Positions 25,319-38,603 of a stretch of DNA of 64,000 bases are shown in pieces. The stretch is from Trichoplax adhaerens (taxonomy: Eukaryota > Animalia > Placozoa). The first letter of the stretch is position 1. Each line of letters begins with the position of its first letter. The notes below the pieces were generated by a model. It was not told where the DNA came from, did not search any database, and saw only the letters and a list, made by a program, of their open reading frames with translations. Where the stretch lies: contig NW_002060960.1 in NCBI RefSeq assembly GCF_000150275.1, forward strand, positions 944,469 to 1,008,468, read 5' to 3'. The position numbers and the translations under genes are program-made.

Positions 25319-28300
25319 ATGGCAGTCGTCAACCAGGCTTTGGTTGTCTTGTTGGTCTGTATCTTTCTTACTCATTGCTTGGCATCTGAAATATCCATCT
25401 ATCAAAAATCTGATATCAAGAAAGATTGTCCAAAGAACTGCTTGTGTAGAAGCTCTGAAATTATCTGCACTCGACTAGAAGAGAAATTTGCTGTTATCCC
25501 GAATGATGTACATCGAATGTAAGTTAACTTAGTCTCTAGCATTCTTGGAAGGTAAGGTAAAGTAAATTAAGACTGTTTTGATGTTCTAGCTTATTCTTAA
25601 ATTCTTAAGTACTAGTTCAACATACAGTTCTAATTCGCGTTTGGTATGGACTTGTAATTTTTGCTTTACAATTAGACACTATTTACCGTGTTCCTTATTA
25701 TATATTGATTATTTTAGATTGTCTGGTTTAATATTGATTAAGCTCATCTAATGCTCTTTCTACTGCCTGAAATCATTTACTAGTTTTTAGACGATGATTA
25801 TGGGGTCTGAATTTGATTCCATCGCATCTTTTCCGACATACGATGTTCAAAAAGCTATTGATTTCTTCCTTATATTTCAAACGTTACAGCTAGGATAGTG
25901 ATAATCGTTCTTGAGATAATTTACAATAGTTTACAGAAGCTTACACATCCCTCTATAGTAGTTACCAATATTTCAATAGTAAAAATCACAGCTTAAGACA
26001 AAGATGAGATTTCTAAGAATCTCTTGTTTCAAAAGCTTAAAATAGCAGCTGACTCAACTGATTCCAAATTATTGGGTTTTCGTTCACAATTATGAACATA
26101 AAAGCTTCCATATGACATAGTAGTTTGGAAGCACTTAGCTTACTAAAGAACTAGATTTCATTAAGTTAAGTCTTCTCAAGTAGTCTTTATAAATTAGAAG
26201 AAATGATTGAATTTTATGTTCATTGAAGGAAGCTACAAGGATGACCAAATCTATTAAATGCTAGATATTTTTAAAGTATTTACAAACTTCACTAACATTA
26301 AATTGTTGATTAAAGCTGTTTAAACAAGTGTGAATGCGTAAATTCACGCATTCGTATTTGCACACCGAGCAGTATTTACGATATTAACGTACTGCAACAA
26401 AACCTGTTTATTACTGCTATGATCACGATGGTGTTGCTCTTTATTTAATTGTTTACTGTAAAAAAAATTATTCTATAGAGAATTTTAATAAGCTTTTGCT
26501 GACGTCTAAAAGCAGACTATGATACGATAATTCAAACTTGCTAAAAATTTTTAAATTGTAACTGCGGTTATTTGGTTTATTTATGGGCCACATCTCAGAG
26601 TTAATTTAGGCTGCATAGGTCCTACTTATCGCTTTCAAGTTACATTAAGAATTAAAGATATGCTTAGAAGATTAGTGCCGATTATGCAATCAAGATTATT
26701 AATTGAGAACTATCATCCCACTATAAACAATTTAAAATTGTAAATACTTTACTTTCTTTCCAAATTCCAATTTGATTAGGTTTTTATATACCAATAAGTG
26801 CGATAATTCTCATGAAGATATTAGAGTTCTCCTTTAAATAACGCATCTAATTTGTAATTAGTTTGTGACAATAATTATGAAATCAAGGGTACTAAGGCGT
26901 CAAGGTCTGTTTGATAGAATAGGCAATCTACAAAGTATAGTACGATATAATAAGACATTATGCAAAATTTTAGACGCTATGGCGTTAAATTTAAACATTC
27001 CATAAATAAATTTATGATGTCTCATAAAATACTTTTTGAAATAACGACAACGATTCACACCGAGCTTAATTTTTTTTTCCAAAATTGATACTCAGGATTA
27101 GTTTCAAGATTTTAACTGTACTACGTTCAAATCTGTCATTTTAGAATTTTAGAGCAAGAGTTGGAATGTAGCAACCAGAACATAAAGCAGCTGGCCAAAT
27201 TATCTAATCAAAGACATATTCAACTTATCGGATATTGTATTCAAAACGATCTGAGAAATAAAATACCTTTAAATAAAGTACTAACAGTATCAAACAGAGA
27301 TCGACGAGGTACAATAAATAGGACTTTTGGATAGTATGTAAACAATAATTTTTCACACTCTCATATTACAAGTCAGTGTCTTCTTTGCAAAGATTCATAT
27401 ATTAAAGAGATCGAATGTTATAGATCATATAAGAAGGAATTCGATTCAATATTTTATAATTATATGTAACTGTACTGACGGAAAATTATCAATTCCATTA
27501 CTTGATCTTAGCTCTTCAAACTCGTAGCACCAGTAAAACAGGTATCGGAAAAGATTAAACCTTAGCTTTACACGGTTGTTGACACCGGATTAATATTGAA
27601 ACCTTTTAAAAGTTTCTTTCACTAGTTGATTTTAAAATTTAGCCTAATTGCATGCATAATTCTGCTATTGCAAACTTACAGTTGTTGGTGATTCGTTTAT
27701 TGGCTGCTATTTCACTGATGGATTTTGTTCTTGGACACAAAGTGGTAATAGACCGTTTCAAAGGCAAATTACAAGTGTTGGCAACTTTCCATTATATGGT
27801 ATAATCAGTTTAATTATTTCAGCTTATTATTTCGCTAAACTTTTATTATACTGGAATTTTATATCAATTTTTGTATTATGCAGCTGGTCCATATATATAT
27901 TTTTTTAAAAGCTCATCAGATGGTTTAAGAACGTATGAGGCTATTCTGACCACTCCATCGCTAATATTGAAAAAAAATGCCAATTTTTCATATGTAAGTT
28001 CCAGCAATCTTAGATCTAACTATAAAAAAATATTCTAGAGCATTGAATCTTATCGCATAATAATTTTTATACTACGTAAATATTCATCTACTCGTACAAG
28101 AATACTATCAAATTTAGCTTATGTTCTGTAATTTATAATAACGAATGTTTAATAAAGTTAATTTAGCTATCATTTTTGACGTAGATAGAATGATATTATT
28201 TTGTTAAAATAAAAATTGGGAAATAAGTTTGCCATAGCGTTTTCATAGTAGAATAAGACTCAAACTATTAGTACAGTATCTGTCGAGCTAAAAATATATT

Positions 28301-30566
28301 GATTAATGTATTTTGCTTAATGAAGTAGATTAATTTATACAAGAGATAATCTTACTGGGAAATGATACTACTGAACTATAGAATCCAACATCAGTAGAAG
28401 GAATATGACTAAAGATCAACCGAAATTTTAACTTCGTGTTCTGCTGTACTTAGCTATTACAAAATCTACGTGTACATGATTTTCTTAAAATAGGAAGTGT
28501 GTTTTTGCCCTTTATTAGCATGTATGTAATTTCTTTAGTAGTCTTTATTTCAATTCTCAAATAGGTCAACTTCGATTTATTTTATATGCGCAACTTGTAA
28601 TGGAAAATATCATATATTACTTGATTAATAGTACTATCATAGTTATTATAGCTATCAGCTGAATGTTTCATACTTTCCTATAATTTATAAATCTCTGGCT
28701 GTGAAAAGTCTTCATTTATTTTACATTTAAACATTTGCGAATGCTGACTGTTTTACTTTAATAGGTGACATACACAGCAATAGCTCGGACCAATTTCTTG
28801 AACTCCTTTTCATTTAGCTATGCGAAAGGGAATAGCTATTTCGTGTTGAGGACACCTTCACTAATGCTTGATGGATGGTGGCATGGTTATCGATCCTCTG
28901 ATTTCTATGAAACATCTGCATTTCGAGTAAGTGCATTACAGATATGTAATATGAGTGTTAATTTATCAATTACATACGTTACATTTAAATCTAACTGTAG
29001 TATTTTGATGTATCAAAAATGGTATTTTAAAATTTTGGGCCTGGTAAGTATTCTGTAAATTTTAGAGCAATACAAGTAGAGCTGTTCTCAATCATTTAGT
29101 ATTGGATAACTAGGTTTAATTACCAATTTGATACATATTTTCTGATGTTAGACTTTTAGTAATGTCTTCATTTGCGTAGCAGTATGTAATTTAGCAATAT
29201 GCTACGTGGAGTCTGGTTAAAAGCGATGTTTAGAAACTTTAACGAAATGCCATCTACTACCTGACCTTACGTATTTTTATTCATTAACTTAGTACACATT
29301 AAAAATTTATTGAATACAAGTACAATTATTCAATCTTACAGCTGAGAATATATGCAGAAACAAGATGGCAGTCGCATTCTAACGGAAATTTTGGACTGGA
29401 TAACATATTAATCCACAACGTTGAATTAGCTGGAAGTACGTAGCAAAAATGTCAATAATCAGGTTTTACTGGCTAAGTATTTAACCTTATCGGTGAGGTA
29501 ATTGAAATTGCAGTAATCCCGCTTCTTATAAGATGATGATCAGTAAACATTTTTTATAAATTTTAGATTCGACTTTCGCTACGGTCGGTCCCATCGTTGC
29601 GGTATTAAGCGCTGTCTTCGTTGTAATAGTAATCATTTACAAGCGTCAGATATGGCGTCGATTGAGGAATACTTCACAAGTTCAACAGCAAAATAATAAT
29701 GTTGCTCTAAAGAATGTCGACAATCATAATTATCCGCTTACAAATTCAACATTTAATATGGGTTCGCAAGCGACGCATGGTCAGAATTCAATTTCTATGC
29801 CAAATCCATCTTTACCGTCTCAAATTCCGAGTGGTACCTCAACGGAAGTAGTAAGTTCACAATTTAAAGAGAAAAATAGCTGTGATTATTCAACAAATGT
29901 CGATAATTACACTTTTCCACTAACAAACCCTACATTTAATACTGCTTCGCAGGCTACCTACAGCCAGAATTTAATTCCTATGCCAAATCCATCTTTATCG
30001 TCTCAAACTCTAAGTACTTTTTCAACTGGGCCTATAACTTCACGATTTGATGACAAAAATGACAACTTTACTTCAATGAAAGTCGATAATCATAATTATC
30101 TATCTACAAGCTCAGCATTTAATGCGGATTCGCAAGCTACTTATAATCAAAATTCAATTCCTATGCCAAGTCCGTCTTTCACGAGCCCAGCTCTGAGCGG
30201 TACCTTAGAGGGAGGAGTAACTTCACAAGCTGGTATATTCGTATTAAAATAATTACAGTTATCTTGTTAATACATAAAATTTTATAAGAGAACTAACTCA
30301 CATTTACAAAAGCAGAACGTTATTAATGTAAATTACTTAAATGTGTACCGAATCAAACATTTCATAAAATTCGGTAATCCAACTCATACGCCGTATAGTT
30401 GTCAGCCAGTTTTAAGTCTGCTGCACCATTTCACTTTAATTTAAATAGAAAATCGCTTGTACGGGCATTTCAATCTAATAATACAGTATCTTTATCAATT
30501 TTTGCGTATATTTTAGGTCATTCAGATATCCCACCAGATTATGCAAAAGTGGTTTCAACATCTTAA
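25319..30566 (+). CDS. Single-pass membrane protein A: signal peptide, LRRNT-like Cys pro-region, RDRR site, degenerate MAM domain, TM, repeat-containing tail (~520 aa)
   Basis: Exons 25319-25518, 27145-27308, 27682-27798, 27884-27993, 28765-28926, 29342-29435, 29567-30232, 30517-30566 splice in frame. Signal MAVVNQALVVLLVCIFLTHCLA; CPKNCLCRSSEIIC; MAM-type CYFTDGFCSWTQ...AILTTP...GLDNILI; TM VGPIVAVLSAVFVVIVIIY then KRQIWRR; ends PPDYAKVVSTS*. Confidence 0.82.
29710..30232 (+). repeat. Three 183-nt (61-aa) coding repeats in the cytoplasmic tail of protein A
   Basis: aatgtcgacaat at 29713, aatgtcgataat at 29896 and aaagtcgataat at 30079. Each unit reads VDNxxxxxTxxxFNxxSQATxxQNxIxMPxPS. Confidence 0.9.
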
Positions 30567-30902
30567 AGGCCAACAAATTCTAAATATACCAAGTGCACCA
30601 TAAATTTTAATAATAAGATTTCATTTCTGTACGGAAAGACAATGAATAATGACACGGGTATTTTAAAAAAATTTTATATAAGTCATCAGTGAGGTGTAAC
30701 AGTTCCTGAACTTAAAGACTAGTATGCTGATAAGACATGATTGACTCTCCATATAAAAGTTTTATTATTATGTTGTATTAGTTTAAGTTTTTCAATAGTT
30801 GCTTCGGCAAATGTCTAGATCATTAGAGCATTAAATCCTACTGTTGTGGACTACCATACTTCCTTAAAAATTAACTAAACTAGCATAAAACTTCTACTTT
30901 CG

Positions 30903-31092
30903 GTTGCTCTCACAGATTATAACGCTAATATGTAGTAGCATCTTGTAAAAGTATCTTACTACTATGATACCCAGGTCATTTTTTCTGTAAGGCTTGAAAT
31001 TGAATATTTAATTTGCAAAATAGTCTTTGAAGACTTCATTCTGTGATCTTACTATCGGATATTCTTCCTAAATCAACTGCTTATGCTAATAA
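30903..31092. repeat. Dispersed duplicated non-coding segment (homologous to 23870-24060)
   Basis: Same blocks as at 23870-24060, in the same orientation. Confidence 0.75.
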
Positions 31093-33123
31093 AATGTAAT
31101 TATAAATTACGAATAGTTAACAATGAATGATCCAAGATATTTCTTGAAAATTCTGCATCAATTCTTTCTCGATATTTGAAAGTCTTTACAGCGTTAGTAT
31201 TGATGTAAATGTTATGATTTTGTATTTGATATACTGTATCACCGAAATTACGATTGTTATTGTCGGTTAGTTTGCAGCTAATCATCCAAAGTAGCAGAGA
31301 TAGGATATATACAAGATTGTACTCGTTGCAATTATAAAGTATCTCTCTTAGCCGTGGGTTACTACAACTCAATAAAGCTAAATCGCAGGTGCATCTTAGA
31401 ACTGTAGTAGGAGTACCTCAAGGAATTAATCAGCAAGTTCTGTAGTAGATCTTCAGTTTTCGCACTTGCTGGCTCATGCATGCTCACTGAGTATAAAATT
31501 GTAATAGCGAATTCTATATTCGTTGGAAATAGCTTAGTTAATAAATTATCAGTAAGCCTTCATATAGCTAATAAAATTGCAGTGTATCTAGATCTCATTT
31601 TAAGTTCTTAACATATTCTTAATGATAGGCATTTTCCATTCTTCATATAGATATTTTTACAGTCTGTTACTGCTATATGCAAATATAGCTATTAATAATT
31701 AGTTATTTATAGCACCTACAGTCTTTGCTATTTTTCATAATTATTTACTGTTACATAGTCTATTATGTTATATCTTGGATCAAATTCTACAATCCGGTTT
31801 TCTGCATACGTTCTATCTCAAACGCTATAAATACTTATGATTTCTGTTTCAGATTTGTTAGTACAACTATTCTTCAGTTCACTATATTATTATAATTAAC
31901 AACAAAATATTATATGCACCAATAATTCGCCGTGTAGTAACGTTATGTAAATTTTGAAGCGTATAATTGTGCTATGGCTGTGTTGTAGGCACTAGTGTCT
32001 GACGAATAACACTGATACAATGTGGAATGTATCGGAATGGGAATACTAGAGAAACATACTATATATAAGACGTCGAGATTAGAAATAAAGAGCAAATTAT
32101 ACAAGTGCATTCAAATGAAGTCTAAACGTCTTGACAATTAGTTGTATTTACTATTATTAGTATCTGCGCTCGTTACTTCATAACAGCTTAATTATGCCGA
32201 TCTAGTAGTAACTACCACACTGTACCTAATAATATCATTAATGGAGTATCTATTTTTGTCGTAAAACCTATCGTGTAAAGAATGGTGGAGTACAGTAATG
32301 TCAAGTGATATGTAATTAAAACGATTGAAATATTTTCTCTATACTGTACGTTTGTTTTGGAGGTTCTGTACGAATCAAGTCAGAAGTCATCGTTGAAGAG
32401 ATTTTCAGGACTCTGCTTAACCGTAGGGCACGGCACAGCATATTCTATACCTGTGTCATCCTAGAAGAAAGTTATTATAGTCACCGTCTTAACATATTCT
32501 GCGATGCTGCGTTTACAGCGTTAAAATTCAACGTAGATATCATTTTATCACGAGTTATGTTATTATTAAGTAAAGTCTTAAAATAATAGCTATTGGTAAT
32601 TGTCAATTTAAATGTCAAATCATGTAAAATATTCCTTCTAATGATGGATTATCAAGACGTTCTTGAGGGCAATATTCCCTAGAGTTCTATCTATGATTTT
32701 CTTATTCTTTTACTTATTCACATTACCGTAGTCAACGAAAAATATAACGGATAACCTTACTTTGGTACCCTTAGTCATGATATGCTTATTAAAAATTGAA
32801 AACTGACATTACGAATCTACTATCAGTCTTTTCCTCTCTAACGTCTACATACAGTCAAAAACTACTCGACTTATATTCAGTCATTGTAGTGTGACCTAGC
32901 TGGGACTACGGGGTAGTCGTGAGTGAATATTTTATTGCAAAATCATTCAATTTATAGCAAATCTAGATAAGTAATCATTATCAGTTTATTGATAATACTA
33001 TGTATGCAAGTATGCATTTGTCTATTATAAAGATGTAAAACATCGTAGATAAATTAATATATAAGCATTCCTTGATAAGTTATCGTATAGACAACTATGC
33101 ATAAGTTACTACTAACAATGCTA

Positions 33124-33600
33124 TACAGTAAATAGTGTTAGAGAATAGGAAAAATATTTCCAGTTCTTTTGGCAACGACTATTGTGTAAGTATAGAGACC
33201 AGGATAAGAAATGGAATTTATTATTATAACAGCTATTGCTAAAATTTTCTCTACATAATAGTACTCGTATATAAGTACTTTTATCAGCGCTACTATGAGC
33301 AGGGTGTTCCGTAATTTTTACTGGTAATAATATATAATCATTAGACCCCCCCCCCCCCCCCATCCCTTATCGGTACTTTACGGTAAATAGTGTTAGCAGA
33401 TTGAGCGAAAAGACCGATTTGATTTGATAGAGACATAAATCTAAGTAAATAGACCACGATAAGAAATGGAATTTATTATGACAACAGTCACTGCTAAAAT
33501 TTACCCCATATTATGTATATTAGTACTTTTACGAGAGGGTAATAGGAGCAGGGCATTCTTCATTTCTAATAGTAACAATAATCATCAGACCCCTCCTCTC
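33124..33600. repeat. Diverged ~255-bp tandem duplication upstream of receptor B, containing a C16 run
   Basis: tac[a/g]gtaaatagtgttag...gataagaaatggaatttattat...gctaaaattt...agtactttta...gagcaggg...taatcat[t/c]agacccc occurs at 33124 and 33379. C16 homopolymer at 33346-33361. Confidence 0.85.
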
Positions 33601-33708
33601 TTTGTTTGCATTACTGACTTTCTTGAATATTTATAAGTCTTATTAGCTATAAAAGAACAATTATTAATCATGTGACCCGACTGCCATAAATACAAAACTA
33701 CATCCAAA

Positions 33709-36700
33709 ATGGCGAAATCTTCCAAAGTGCTGCTATATGTAGCACTTTTATACATTTTATGCAATAAGGTGGTAGTTAATGGCGATCACATAAAGCAACT
33801 ATCATACGTAGACTGTCTCAATGGCTGTTCCTGTAATCATACAGATGCTGTATGCTCTAATTTCGAAGAGGCTTTAGCTTCTGTAGCACTCCAAAAACGA
33901 ACAGTGTAAGTCCTTTAACTAGTCTTAAAATGGTGTGAATTTACAGTTTAAAAATAGCATCCGACGTTCAAGTTATTTATTACTTTATTCTTGTACGAGT
34001 ACAAGCAGCAGATGATTTAAAAGTACAGAAGTCAATCTTCAACAAGCAAATATCATTTTTTCAACTCTATTGCACTTACAGCCGTATACTTTACTGAATT
34101 ATTACGAATAATATCGTTACAAATCGAAATTTGCAACAAGGAAAAACTTATAACTGTTATAGAAAATAGCACCACGATCCTACTATCAGGTTTAACCTTC
34201 CTGATATTTTCCTTACTACACGAAGATCTGCTATCTCCAGGAGGAACAGTAGTTATCGCCAGTTTCGAAGCTGAATCGAAACTTTATTAAAAAGCTAGTC
34301 AATTTAAAGTAAATCCCCATAAATATTAGTTGTCAGTACTTAGATAATATTATGAAACTATGCAGTTATCTACTTAAAGTATGTATACTGTCATGGATAA
34401 TGGTATGCTATCTAACGTAAATAAAATAGGCATTTTGTTGGAAAGTTCACTTCGTGACAAGCAATGATAACAAGTAAAAGGGGATTTTTGTAATTTAATT
34501 TAATCGGTAGTTAGCAGCCTTTTAATTTAGAGTAGAGGATTGATTATTATAATCAGCAAAATAGAGAGCAGTATACTGCAGAGTTTTTCTAACAAGTATA
34601 ATTCAAAAGCTTTAGATCATGCAGCTGATGAATACATCAACATTAAACTATTTTTATATTGAGTTCCTATAGGAGCGATGTCTACTTTAACGAATGAATT
34701 TATATATGTGCTAGCCCTCATCATTATTTTGTTGATAGGTATAATGTTTAATTGTACAGTAGATAAGCTAGAAAGAGGCTGCACTTGTTAATGTGCTATT
34801 CAGCGTGTAAATGAAAGCGTAACATGAGTATTGGGCTAATGACAGTAATCACATAAAATTGTCTTGAAACTGAAAGACAGAATTTAAAGTTTTTATGTAC
34901 CTAATTTTGATAAATTCTTTCTCATATATAGCACTTTATTACAAAAATTGCCTTGTCGAGATCGTAGCTTAAGAGAACTCATCCAGCTCTCAAACAAGAG
35001 AGATGTTACGGTAGTTTTTAGATGCTACGGATCGAAAGAGTACATGAATCCAAAACGTAAGAATGGAATGGAACTGAAATCTAATATTGAAACAGCAAGA
35101 AGAGGTAAGATCCACTAGCGGAACGGCACTTAAATATCTCTTATACTACTGGCTAACAGAATCATAATAAGATCAAATTTAATTCAATTTCAATATATTA
35201 AGACTTGCTAAAAATGTGCAAATTTGTTTTCTTTAAATTTTTATTTAAACTTTGCGTAACTGTAGCAGAGATGAGACTTTTTACTATCTTGTTTTGCATT
35301 AATTTTAAACTTTTCATACTATTTGGAAGTTATGAGAGTAGAAAGAAATTCCAGATCACAAAATAGCAATTATACAATTAGCTTGATAAATGGACAAAAT
35401 TCTAGTGAAGGTACTGTTATCATTGAAAATCGAATAAATGGCCAGCGTGGAGCAGTTTGTGGCACTGCATGGCATGCCAGTGATGCCTCAGTCGTCTGTC
35501 GACAACTTGGTTTCCTTAGTTATAGGTCCAAAGCAAGTATGATATAGCTAATAGTACGACATCCTTCTTTGATCGTAGGTAGTTACCTAGATATTTCCAG
35601 CTTAATTAAATCTGTTTTACTAATTGGATTGAATTTGGCATTTATTCCAGCTGTAGCTAAACCAGGAAATTTAAGTATTATTGCAAGAGCATTGTTATGC
35701 TTGGGAAAAGAGCAAGTTATAGATAGCTGTAAAATAGTATCTTGGAATGAACCATTTAGTTCTAATAATCTTTGTAATCAAGCAAGGACTGTAGCAACAG
35801 TGAACTGCGTATCGGAAGATAATAACCCAAATCGTAAGATTATGGAATCGGGTTTATTCCTACTGATATTTAAAACTATTTCTGTTACAAGTTTTCCCTA
35901 AATTTTCAACTATTTTTTTTGTTTTATCACTAGTTCCAGGTAATTCCCCAGAAAGTTGCACCTTCAAATATGGATTCTGCAATTGGCAACGGAGTGGAAA
36001 TTATCTAATGCAATGGAATAATTATAATGGTTAATTGCTCTAGTCTATGTAACAGAAAGTATAATATTTTCATAAAGATATTATTTATCAGAATTTAATT
36101 AATACTGCGCCTTATTCGTAGAGTTCAATCAATCTGCTCGGATTAATCTGCAATTATTTATTACATTCTCAAATCATCAACAATTCTAATATTATTTTTC
36201 TAATTTTATTTCTTCAAGGGGATTCGTATGCTTTTATATCTGTTCGTAGATTTGAAATACCCGCAACTGCTATATTAACCAGTCCGTTTTTGCGCTTGAA
36301 ATCCTCAGACAAATCTGCTTTTGTATGCATTGACATTTATAGATGTTTATAGCAATTCATTAAAAAATTTATCATAACTTTGGATATAACCTAGGATACA
36401 CTTGTGATGAATAATGTTCTTATGATCATATATTGATTTCAATTACAATATTTCGATTCAGATTAAATTTAAAATAAAGCTAGGTAGACTAGGGTATTTC
36501 GACGATACTTCATTCTTTCGATACAAATATCGTGACTCTTCTTCTACGATTAAAATCGGCTTGCCAACGATCCCTTATACAGAATCTTGGGATGTATATA
36601 CCTCAGAAGATTTCAAACCTCGAGATCCATTTCAAGTAAGTTTCACCTTGTTAAATACCGTATGTTAAGATACCGTGGAAATACATTTTACAGTTTTAAT

Positions 36701-38187
36701 TAAACAGATGCCATAAGGCTAACAAAAGCCTATGAAGGAATTGTAAATCAGAATTAAATGTTTATGCCTTTCAAAGTGTAATATTCTCCCCACAACATCA
36801 ATACAAATCTTGTCACGAATTCTTCCTCAATTAATTTCAAGTAATTTCAAATCTCACCGGAAAATTTTTGTACAATTTACAATTTTAATCTACATTCGTG
36901 GTCAAGCATTAAAAATAGTTAAAGTTACCAAAATGTGATGTAAAGCTAGAAAAATTGTGTTACTTTGCATCAAGATAGATATTAGTTACAATGTACATCA
37001 TGACTAGAAAAATGACTGTAGTAAGCTAATCATAAAATTTCCTTCTAATAATTACGTTGACATCACAAGTTTATTTGAGAACTCATTACAGGCCTGGTTG
37101 AACCTCAAAATTCTTAGTAATATAAGAAATATCTTAAAGTGTTTGGAAAGTATTATAATAAGCTGCTAATAGTTAAAGTTAGTGAGATGTATTATGTAAA
37201 GAGAGAAAAATGGAATACATAAATGTTGTATAAAAGTCGTAGTTAGTCTTCGTAGCTGGTACAGGATGAGGGAGAAAGAAATTAATGCCTACGGAATTTT
37301 AAAGGCTCGTATGTTCATATAGATCAAGACTAAGCTCCTTTTCCATGTTGCGTTTATTGCAAATTGTAGCGAATCGCGAAATTTTAATATATTTACGCCA
37401 ATGCAATTGAAATCCCTATATTTATTAGATAGTATAAATTAATTTCACTTTACAATAGCTGCTGCTATAAATATAAGTGATTGTTTGCTATCACATGGTA
37501 CTTCAATTTATATGCATTATTATAACGTAGATTCCTTATTTATCTAGGTTGTGTTCATAGCCACGGCAAGCAATCGTAGGCAAATTGATATTAGTTTGAG
37601 CTTGGATCAAGTTTTTATTAATAATGCAGAACCGAATATAGGTTAGCCATGACTTAAAATTATAGTAATAGCAATGTATATGTTATACAAAAAATTATCA
37701 TAAAATCAAATCTATTTAAATTCGGATGTTCAGATACATTATGGGTGCGAGTTACAATACCTAATATTTATTAAAGTCCTATTACATAGCAGTTCTAACA
37801 GATATTCGACTATAACATGATTGTCTCATTCTCTGAGTAAATCCGTCTTATCTATTAACTCCAGGGCTCACTCAAGCGTCTCAATTAGCAGTGATCCTTT
37901 CTGTTACCATAATTGCCAGTCTCAGCCTTATATTTGGTATAGCTTATTATTGCCATTATCACAATAGGGAGGGTTGTAAAACATGTTGCGAAATTTGGTT
38001 AAACTCAGGCACCAATCCAGCAGTAACTGGGACATCAACAACTAGTAAACTGAGTTTGGGCTCTGGAACATCTGCCGATGTACTTCGAAGGGCAATACGT
38101 GACCACCCTTACATACTTAATGAAATTAATACTCATTATCCAGGCAATTCAAGGGCACTTGAAACGGGATGTGACGAAGGCTGTTAG
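33709..38187 (+). CDS. Single-pass membrane protein B: signal peptide, LRRNT-like Cys pro-region, basic site, SRCR domain, degenerate MAM domain, TM, Cys-rich tail (~516 aa)
   Basis: Exons 33709-33905, 34932-35104, 35330-35536, 35651-35833, 35934-36029, 36219-36322, 36462-36635, 37548-37641, 37865-38187. SRCR motifs LINGQNSSEGTV...GAVCGTAW...ASVVCRQLGF...LLCLGKEQVIDSC...ATVNC; MAM-type SCTFKYGFCNWQ...AILTSP...SLDQVFI; TM AVILSVTIIASLSLIFGIAYYC. Confidence 0.87.
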
Positions 38188-38603
38188 GAGAAAGATTATT
38201 CTCGTGATGAGGTATAAAATATAACTTCAATGTAATATCTTACCATGATAATCATGAAACTTAAAATTCAGGCTTTAATCTGAAATTGTATCGATTTAAA
38301 AAAACATCTATTTTACGTATATTTAAACTAATTTCTAAAGTACGATAACGCTAGAGAATCAATTTTAAACATTTTACTGCTTAAAATGAAGTATCAGTAA
38401 AATTATTTTCTTAGAATACTTTTAAAGCAAGTTAAAATTTAAAATTAATCTGATTTTTTAATCTGATTTATTGGTTTTCAGAAATCTCAAATACCTAACA
38501 TACAAAATTCAAAAAGCTACGTTTACTGGAATGAATTTACGGCCATGCAATCTTTTTAAAAATAATCTATTACTCATTATAAAATCATAATAATTTAATA
38601 AAG

